Notes under the pieces: generated by a model
What the model saw: only the letters and a program-made list of their open reading frames with translations
Databases searched by the model: none
Told to the model about the DNA's origin: nothing
DNA from: a virus
Lineage: Duplodnaviria > Caudoviricetes
Strand: one strand, 5' to 3'
Length of the DNA stretch: 37,871 nt
IMG/VR virus record: IMGVR_UViG_3300021124_000013
Location: 1-37,871 of that record
In this document: positions 31,767 to 37,871 of the stretch, one piece after another
How positions within the stretch are numbered: the stretch's first letter is position 1
Layout of the letters: every line of letters begins with the position of its first letter
Made by a program: the position numbers and the translations under genes

Positions 31767-33794
31767 ATGACAACTCGTATTTATACTTCCAAGTCTCAAC
31801 AGACTACACTTACTGCATCAGTTACATCTGGTGCAACCATCTTCTCTGTTGTATCTGCTACTACTTTGCTAGGTGGTGCAACAGTAAACGCAGGTCAGGT
31901 CTTTACGATTGTTATCGATCCAGATACATCTCTTGAAGAAATTGTAGATGTATACTCTGCTAGTACCAATCCAGTATCTGCTAACAACTTAACAGTTGTT
32001 CGTGGCGCGGATAGTACTTCTGCTCAAAGCCATGCTGCCGGTGCAGTAGTTCGTCATATGGTTATTGGTCGTGACTTGCGTGAACCTAATACTCACGCTA
32101 ATACCTCATCAGGTGTTCATGGTATTGCAGGTAACGTAGTCGGAGATACTGATACCCAGACTCTTACTAATAAGACAATGGATGGTGGAAGCAATACATT
32201 CACCAACATTGGTGTTGGTTCACTGTCTACATCTGTAGTTACTCTTACTGGCACACAGACTCTTACTAACAAAACTTTAACTAGTCCTACTATTAATGGT
32301 GGCACAGTTTCATCAGCAACAGTTACTTCAGCAACTATTCAATCAGCAACGCTAGGTTCTGACCTTGCTGCTGGTAGCCACAAAATTACCAACCTTCTTG
32401 ACCCAGCCTCTGCACAGGATGCTGCTACTAAAAACTATGTAGATACTCAGATTACAAACCTTGTTAATGGTGCTCCTGTTTCATTGAATCAACTTAATGA
32501 ACTTGCTGCTGCTATTAATAATGATGCAAGTTTTAGCACAACCCTTACCACTGCTTTGGGTACTAAGTTGCCTCTTGCTGGTGGAACCATGACCGGTGCT
32601 ATTAACATGGGCACTAGTAAAGTAACTAACATGGGTACTCCTACTGCATCTACTGATGCAGCAACCAAGGGTTACATTGATACTATTTTTGGTTCTACTA
32701 CTTCTGCTGCAGCCAGTGCTACAGCGGCTGCTACCTCAGCAGCTAGTGCTGCTACGTCTGCTTCTAGCGCAGCCACAAGTGCTTCTAGTGCTTTAACTAG
32801 TCAGACTGCTGCTGCAACTTCAGCAACATCTGCTGCTGCTTCAGCAACTGCTGCTGCTACATCCGCTGCTTCGGCCGCTACTTCGGCTTCATCATCTTTA
32901 ACTAGCCAGACTTCTGCTGCTGCATCTGCTACGGCTGCTGCCACATCAGCGACTAGTGCTGCTGCATCGGCTACTGCCGCTGCAACTAGCGCTACTAGTT
33001 CTGCCACTTCAGCATCTGCTGCACTTACATCAGCCAACAGTGCTGCTACTAGTGCGTCATCTGCTTTAACATCACAAACTGCTGCTGCTACAAGTGCTAC
33101 TTCTGCTGCAGCATCTGCAACTTCTGCTGCTACTTCGGCTGCTAATGCTCTTGCTACTTACAATACATATAAAACATATTACCTTGGAGCATTCTCTACA
33201 GCACCCACTCTTGATAATCAAGGTAATGCTCTTATTGTAGGTGCAACTTATTGGAATACCGGTACTTCAACCATGTACTCATGGTCGGGTAGCGTTTGGT
33301 CTGCTATTTCATCTACTTCTGCGGTTACCAACGTAACTGGTACATCAGGTCGCATTACCTCTAGCGGTGGTTCTACTCCACAGATTGACCTTGCTACTGC
33401 AGGTACTGCTGGAACCTATGTTTACCCTGCATCAATTACTACAGATGCTTATGGTCGTACTACATCAATTACTGCTGGTTCTACTCCAGTGCTTGCTTCT
33501 GCTTACACAGCAACAGGCGATATTCTTGTAGGAACTGGTGCTGGAACATCAAGCAAGATTTCAATTGCTACAACTAGCGGTTGGATTCTTACATCTAACG
33601 GAACTACTGCAGCATGGGCTGCGCCTGCAGCAACATACTCAGCACCTACTATTGGTTCTACTGCTATTACATCAGGTGGAACATTTACAACAATTAATGG
33701 TATGACAAAAATTCAAGCAGCCCAGCATACTCAGTTGGACGGCTCAGGTTATGAAATGGATCACTTGCTTATGATGATCATGGGCGCAATCTAA
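31767..33794 (+). CDS. Tail fibre protein
   Basis: Two TQTLTNKT, two DAATK.Y.D, LNELAAAINND..F, LPLAGGTMTG and a long Ser/Ala/Thr repeat. Confidence 0.85.
   Translation: MTTRIYTSKSQQTTLTASVTSGATIFSVVSATTLLGGATVNAGQVFTIVIDPDTSLEEIVDVYSASTNPVSANNLTVVRGADSTSAQSHAAGAVVRHMVIGRDLREPNTHANTSSGVHGIAGNVVGDTDTQTLTNKTMDGGSNTFTNIGVGSLSTSVVTLTGTQTLTNKTLTSPTINGGTVSSATVTSATIQSATLGSDLAAGSHKITNLLDPASAQDAATKNYVDTQITNLVNGAPVSLNQLNELAAAINNDASFSTTLTTALGTKLPLAGGTMTGAINMGTSKVTNMGTPTASTDAATKGYIDTIFGSTTSAAASATAAATSAASAATSASSAATSASSALTSQTAAATSATSAAASATAAATSAASAATSASSSLTSQTSAAASATAAATSATSAAASATAAATSATSSATSASAALTSANSAATSASSALTSQTAAATSATSAAASATSAATSAANALATYNTYKTYYLGAFSTAPTLDNQGNALIVGATYWNTGTSTMYSWSGSVWSAISSTSAVTNVTGTSGRITSSGGSTPQIDLATAGTAGTYVYPASITTDAYGRTTSITAGSTPVLASAYTATGDILVGTGAGTSSKISIATTSGWILTSNGTTAAWAAPAATYSAPTIGSTAITSGGTFTTINGMTKIQAAQHTQLDGSGYEMDHLLMMIMGAI
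32695..33150 (+). repeat. Degenerate coding repeats (TSAAASATAAA / SASSALTSQTAAA)
   Basis: Seen in the translation, with synonymous divergence at DNA level. Confidence 0.9.
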
Positions 33795-33814
33795 TAACGA
33801 AAGGGTAGTAACTA

Positions 33815-34117
33815 ATGGCTACAACAACTAAGGCGCTGGCTAGAACAGCAGCGGCAACAACATCAACAACTCTTTACACAGTACCTGCTGCTACAACTGC
33901 AGTAGTTACTAACATTGCAGTGGTTAACACTGCAGGTTCATCAGCAACCTTCACCATCACCCTTGATGGCGTAGTGCTTATTCCTGCTGCAACCATTGCT
34001 GCTAACACAACAGCATTGTTTGACCTTAAGCAGGTACTTGCTACAACTAAAATTATTGCTGGGTTTGCATCTGCAACTACAGTTAACTTCCATATCAGCG
34101 GAGTGGAGATAGCGTAA
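33815..34117 (+). CDS. Small beta-rich tail-associated protein
   Basis: TLYTVPAATTAVVTNI.V.N, FHISGVEI. Confidence 0.75.
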   Translation: MATTTKALARTAAATTSTTLYTVPAATTAVVTNIAVVNTAGSSATFTITLDGVVLIPAATIAANTTALFDLKQVLATTKIIAGFASATTVNFHISGVEIA

Positions 34118-34875
34118 TGGCAAGTACAGTTTTTCCAGCCGCTAGTAGCGGAGTAACCCAGAAAGTTCAAGAGTTCTTGTCTACTGGTACTTTTACAACC
34201 CCATCTAACTGCACAACTGTTGAGGTATTCCTTGTTGGCGGTGGTGGCGGTGGTGGTGGTGCTAGTAGTGGCGCACCTGGATCACAGGGTGGTGGTGGTG
34301 GCGGTGGCGGAGTTGTATGGAAAACTATTGCTGTAACTGCTGGTCAAGCATACACAGTAACTGTTGGAGCCGCTGGAACCGCTGGTGCTTCTGCTGGCGG
34401 TTCAGGCGGAACTGGTGGAGACACAACTTTTGGTTCACTTGCTACTGCTTCAGGAGGAGGCTACGGAGGTGGCGGAACTGGTGGCGCTGCTGGCGGCAAT
34501 GGTGGTTCTGGTGGTGGTGGAGGATATTCTGGTACTGGTGGCGGTGCTGGTTCGGGTGGCGGTGCTGGAGGAAATGCTGTTGCTTATGCAGGTTCAACCA
34601 GCAGTGGAGGTACAGCAGGTGTCGGCTCGCAAGGAGGAAGCGGGTCTGTATATTCATCTACACCAGGCGGACCAGGGATTAACGGATTTGGTGGTGGCGG
34701 TGGTGGTGGTGCTAGTAGCATGCCTAGCGGAGGCGCTGGTGGAGGAAAAGGTGCATCGTCTACACCAACAGCAGGAGCAACCAACACAGGTGGCGGAGGC
34801 GGTGGCGCTTACAGCGCAACTGCTGCAGGAGCCGCTGGTGGTTCTGGCTATGCTCGCGTTACCTATTGGTCATAA
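34117..34875 (+). CDS. Glycine-rich tail fibre / receptor-binding protein
   Basis: F.S.GTFT.P, VFLVGGGGGG, YTVTVGA.G, NTGGGGGG, GGSG...V.Y. Confidence 0.85.
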   Translation: MASTVFPAASSGVTQKVQEFLSTGTFTTPSNCTTVEVFLVGGGGGGGGASSGAPGSQGGGGGGGGVVWKTIAVTAGQAYTVTVGAAGTAGASAGGSGGTGGDTTFGSLATASGGGYGGGGTGGAAGGNGGSGGGGGYSGTGGGAGSGGGAGGNAVAYAGSTSSGGTAGVGSQGGSGSVYSSTPGGPGINGFGGGGGGGASSMPSGGAGGGKGASSTPTAGATNTGGGGGGAYSATAAGAAGGSGYARVTYWS

Positions 34876-34884
34876 GGAGAAAAC

Positions 34885-35217
34885 ATGTCACATTTAGAAG
34901 AACACGAACACGCGTTTATTAAAAATAATGTAGTAGAACACATCTTTGTTTTTGATGAGTCTGCACACAGTTCTGGTTTATTAGAAACAGTAAAGACAGA
35001 ACAGGGCTGCGACACTGTTATATGCCTATGCAACCATGGCTCAGTGCCTGCTCGTTGGTCTACGTGGGATGGCACAACATTTACAGATCCAACACTTGAC
35101 TATCTTTACAGCATTGGTGTTACTGTAGAAAACCAAGCAATGCATGATGAGCGTTTAGCAAAAATAGAAGCAGCATTACAGGCTGCTCTTGCTGCAGAAG
35201 CAACACCAACAGCATAA
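34885..35217 (+). CDS. Putative tail fibre assembly/chaperone protein
   Basis: SD AAGGAG; AFIKNNVV..I.V, W.TWDGTTF..P; follows the Gly-rich gene. Confidence 0.6.
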   Translation: MSHLEEHEHAFIKNNVVEHIFVFDESAHSSGLLETVKTEQGCDTVICLCNHGSVPARWSTWDGTTFTDPTLDYLYSIGVTVENQAMHDERLAKIEAALQAALAAEATPTA

Positions 35218-35219
35218 CA

Positions 35220-35312
35220 ATGGATACTCCCGTCACCATCCTTATACCCATGTATAGGGATGTTGACGCACAAGCAGATACATTTGAACTTGCCTATGAA
35301 GGACTAATCTAA
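35220..35312 (+). CDS. 30-aa acidic microprotein (not in ORF track)
   Basis: MDTPVTILIPMYRDVDAQADTFELAYEGLI* fills the intergenic gap. Confidence 0.45.
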   Translation: MDTPVTILIPMYRDVDAQADTFELAYEGLI

Positions 35313-35322
35313 AGGAGATACC

Positions 35323-37296
35323 GTGTCAGGTCGTGACATTACCGAAGGTCGTGCTACCAGATCCATTGCCGTCGACATTGGTAACTTGACTGGAACTATC
35401 TGGCAGAACACAGGTGTCGATTACGACATCGCCATTGGTGGCGTGCCGTTCTTACTTGATGCAACTGATCAGCATCCATATGAGAGAAGCACTGCACCAT
35501 TTCGTAAAAACCAGTTTGATACACAACGTGATCCAGGTGAGCAATCAATCACAGGTTGGTGGCTTCGTAGCCAGTCTTCATTCCATGCTGGTCAAGGTGT
35601 TAACTTTTATGATCCGTTTGCCAATCCATTTTCTACTACGCTGGCATCTAACTCGTATCGTTATAACATATCTTTTGGTGTTAACCCCTGGAACATCGGA
35701 CAAGTAACACTGTTACCTACTACTAATCAAATTACTACCACTACTGCTGCTCGTCATCTTGAGTCAGTTAACGTAGGCGGTGTTGATTATGTAGTCATGT
35801 TAGATAGCAGCATTTATTTAGTAGATGGTTCAGGTGCTAAGACAACACTTGCTACTACAGCAAATACAATTTATTCTTTTACTACTGACGGCACAAATGT
35901 TTATTGGCTTGATAATGGTTATGTATATAAAAAACCACTTGCAGGTGGATCAACTACAACTTTGTTTACTCATGGTATATCAACCATTACCTCATCTGCT
36001 ATGCATTGGGTTAAGCAACGTTTAGTTGCTGGAATTAATAATTCACTTTATGAGCTGGTTGGTTCAGGCAGTCTTCCTTCACCTGTTTACACGCATCCTA
36101 ATACGTCATGGCAATGGACTGATATTGATGAAGCAGGTCCTGCTATTTATGCATCTGGTAATGCTGGCGCCAACTCAGGTATTTATATGTTTGTACTTAA
36201 TACTAGTGGCGTTATGCCTATTCTTACATCGGGAATTATGGCTGCTCAATTTCCATTAGGAGAATACATTACTGCTTTGTATTCACATCTTGGTGCTTAT
36301 CTTATAATAGGAACTAATAAAGGTGTACGTGTAGCACAAGTAGATCAGGCTACTGGTTATCTTAATTATGGACCACTCATTGTTTCTACTACTACGCCTG
36401 TTCGTGGATTTGCTGCTAGAGATTCTTATGTATGGTTTGGTTCTCAAATTACTGATGGCATTAATAACTATGCTGGCACATGGCGTATTGATCTTAGTAA
36501 TGAAATTGATACTCTTAGGTTTGCAGCAGGACAGGACGTTTATGCTAGTGGTGTTAACGGTACAGTTTATGACATTGCATTTCTTGGTAATACTGATCAG
36601 GTTGCATTTCTTGCAACCGTACCAGCAGGTGGACCTGCTGGTTTAGGTTTATATTTACAAGACTCAAGTGTTCTTGTTACAAACGGATTTATTCAAACTG
36701 GTTTAATTAGATACAACACTCTTGAACCTAAGAACTTTAAACGTATTGCAGGTCGTGGTGACTTTGGTATTGCTGCATCTAGTGCTTACCCAGCAGGTTT
36801 GACTAAAGGCTCAATGACTATTTCTACTGTAGATACATCAGGCAACATCTCTGATGTTGTGTCATATGATAACAATATTGGTACACCTGAATCAACTATT
36901 ACTAATCCTGTTGGTGCACAGGATGCCATTGCTTTGCGTTTTACTTTATACCGCGATGCAACTACTACTTCAGTCTCTCCTATATTCAAAGGATATCAAC
37001 TGAAGGCTGTGCCTGCTAGCCCACGTCAACGTATTATTAAGATTCCACTACTAGCCTTTGATGTAGACACAGATAAATACAACGCTACTGTGGGTTATGA
37101 AGGCTATGCCTATGACAAGTTAGCAGCATTGGAAAACATTGAAGCCAACGGTGATGTTATTACTTTGCAAGACTTCCGTACTGGAGAAACTAACCAGTGT
37201 CTTATTGAAGAGTTAAGTTTTATTAACAAGATATCTCCTGACAAACGATTAACAAACTTTGGCGGAACTATTGTCGTCACGGTTAGAACGGTATAA
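35323..37296 (+). CDS. Putative tail nozzle / tubular protein (beta-propeller-like)
   Basis: 657 aa, beta-rich; R.QFD..R.PGEQS..GWW.RSQSSFH.G.G; SD AAGGAG. Confidence 0.65.
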   Translation: MSGRDITEGRATRSIAVDIGNLTGTIWQNTGVDYDIAIGGVPFLLDATDQHPYERSTAPFRKNQFDTQRDPGEQSITGWWLRSQSSFHAGQGVNFYDPFANPFSTTLASNSYRYNISFGVNPWNIGQVTLLPTTNQITTTTAARHLESVNVGGVDYVVMLDSSIYLVDGSGAKTTLATTANTIYSFTTDGTNVYWLDNGYVYKKPLAGGSTTTLFTHGISTITSSAMHWVKQRLVAGINNSLYELVGSGSLPSPVYTHPNTSWQWTDIDEAGPAIYASGNAGANSGIYMFVLNTSGVMPILTSGIMAAQFPLGEYITALYSHLGAYLIIGTNKGVRVAQVDQATGYLNYGPLIVSTTTPVRGFAARDSYVWFGSQITDGINNYAGTWRIDLSNEIDTLRFAAGQDVYASGVNGTVYDIAFLGNTDQVAFLATVPAGGPAGLGLYLQDSSVLVTNGFIQTGLIRYNTLEPKNFKRIAGRGDFGIAASSAYPAGLTKGSMTISTVDTSGNISDVVSYDNNIGTPESTITNPVGAQDAIALRFTLYRDATTTSVSPIFKGYQLKAVPASPRQRIIKIPLLAFDVDTDKYNATVGYEGYAYDKLAALENIEANGDVITLQDFRTGETNQCLIEELSFINKISPDKRLTNFGGTIVVTVRTV

Positions 37297-37298
37297 CA

Positions 37299-37592
37299 AT
37301 GAATAGCAATACAGCCACTATCGTTTATTCTTATTTCTTTGTTTTAACTGGTTTGCTAGCAGGATTATCATTTGTTTTTAAACATTACCTTAATAGGATT
37401 ATTGATGAACAGGTTACTCCACTCCTAGGAATTATTAGCGAGATGGACAAACGCACTAGTCGTATTGAATACGCGCTATACAACGATGGTCAGACTGGAT
37501 TAATCAACAAGGTTGATCAATTGATTGAACGTCAACAGGAAATTAAAACCGACATAGCCGTAGTGAAAGCGAGAAGGAATGTTAAAGCGTAA
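37299..37592 (+). CDS. Membrane protein with coiled coil (lysis-associated)
   Basis: N-terminal TM segment, then RIEYALYNDGQTGLINKVD. Confidence 0.7.
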   Translation: MNSNTATIVYSYFFVLTGLLAGLSFVFKHYLNRIIDEQVTPLLGIISEMDKRTSRIEYALYNDGQTGLINKVDQLIERQQEIKTDIAVVKARRNVKA

Positions 37593-37871
37593 GTACGTTC
37601 ACCCTGATACTGGCGACATCCTCACCTTTAGTGAGCAAGTATCATGGACTATTCAAAGTGCTATTCGTAACTGGTGGTTTGTATTTGCATGGACTGGACT
37701 CAGTACAGTTTGGTGGCTTAAGCCACACATCTTTAAAGACAGTGGTTCGTATGTTCACTGGCAATTGCTAGCCTCATGGCTAGCCGTAACAGTTGAACTC
37801 ATCATTGGCATTGCCATGATTGGGCAGACCAAGCGTGATGCACAGATTATCCGCCACATTCTTAAGTTAGA
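37579..37871 (+). CDS. DUF1003-like membrane protein, 5' part (continues to nt 154; 115 aa in total)
   Basis: SD GAAGGA; MLKRKYVHPDTGDILTFSEQVS....IRNWWFVFAW...LLASWLA....IIGIAM. Confidence 0.75.
   Translation, partial: MLKRKYVHPDTGDILTFSEQVSWTIQSAIRNWWFVFAWTGLSTVWWLKPHIFKDSGSYVHWQLLASWLAVTVELIIGIAMIGQTKRDAQIIRHILKL
37773..37871. repeat. Terminal direct repeat, copy of 1-99
   Basis: Exact match to the start of the window. Confidence 0.95.

Noticed and set aside
34317-34897. Trp/Arg-rich and Val-rich alternative ORFs
   Set aside because: They are frame shadows of GGN repeats in the glycine-rich gene.
37773-37871. 99-bp terminal repeat as a biological DTR
   Set aside because: It falls inside a gene and has a typical k-mer length, so it indicates circular assembly rather than the packaging ends.

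Overview
This is a complete, circularly assembled tailed-phage genome of about 37,772 bp. The last 99 nt repeat nt 1-99, which is most likely assembly overlap. WhiB, an FmdB-type Zn ribbon, a split primase, a short DnaB and a Cas4-like nuclease point to an actinobacterial host. Moderate GC suggests a freshwater acI/Luna-type host, but that is inference. The - strand arm (about 1.15-13 kb) carries early and replication genes. The + strand arm (13.87 kb round to 1.05 kb) carries terminase, portal, three large putative ejection proteins, scaffold, major capsid protein, a run of small basic proteins, podovirus-like tail genes and lysis. I recognised no DNA polymerase, RNA polymerase, integrase, tape measure, tRNA or CRISPR. 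The main discovery lies between the two arms. The apparently non-coding 13211-13477 is a colinear, periodically gapped inverted copy of the whole first early transcription unit (RBS, SSB-like ORF, terminator; 12583-12995). The + strand can therefore fold into a rod of about 900 nt capped by a Y-shaped head that carries a TTGACA box arranged like an Frpo/sso single-strand promoter. This looks like a self-contained cassette for transcribing an SSB-like gene from single-stranded DNA; the pairing is seen in the sequence, while the function is inferred. Other notable items are two leader structures whose loops are anti-Shine-Dalgarno, an amidoligase/glutamine amidotransferase/transglycosylase cluster, a split Cas4-like nuclease and many Cys-rich or Lys-rich microproteins.
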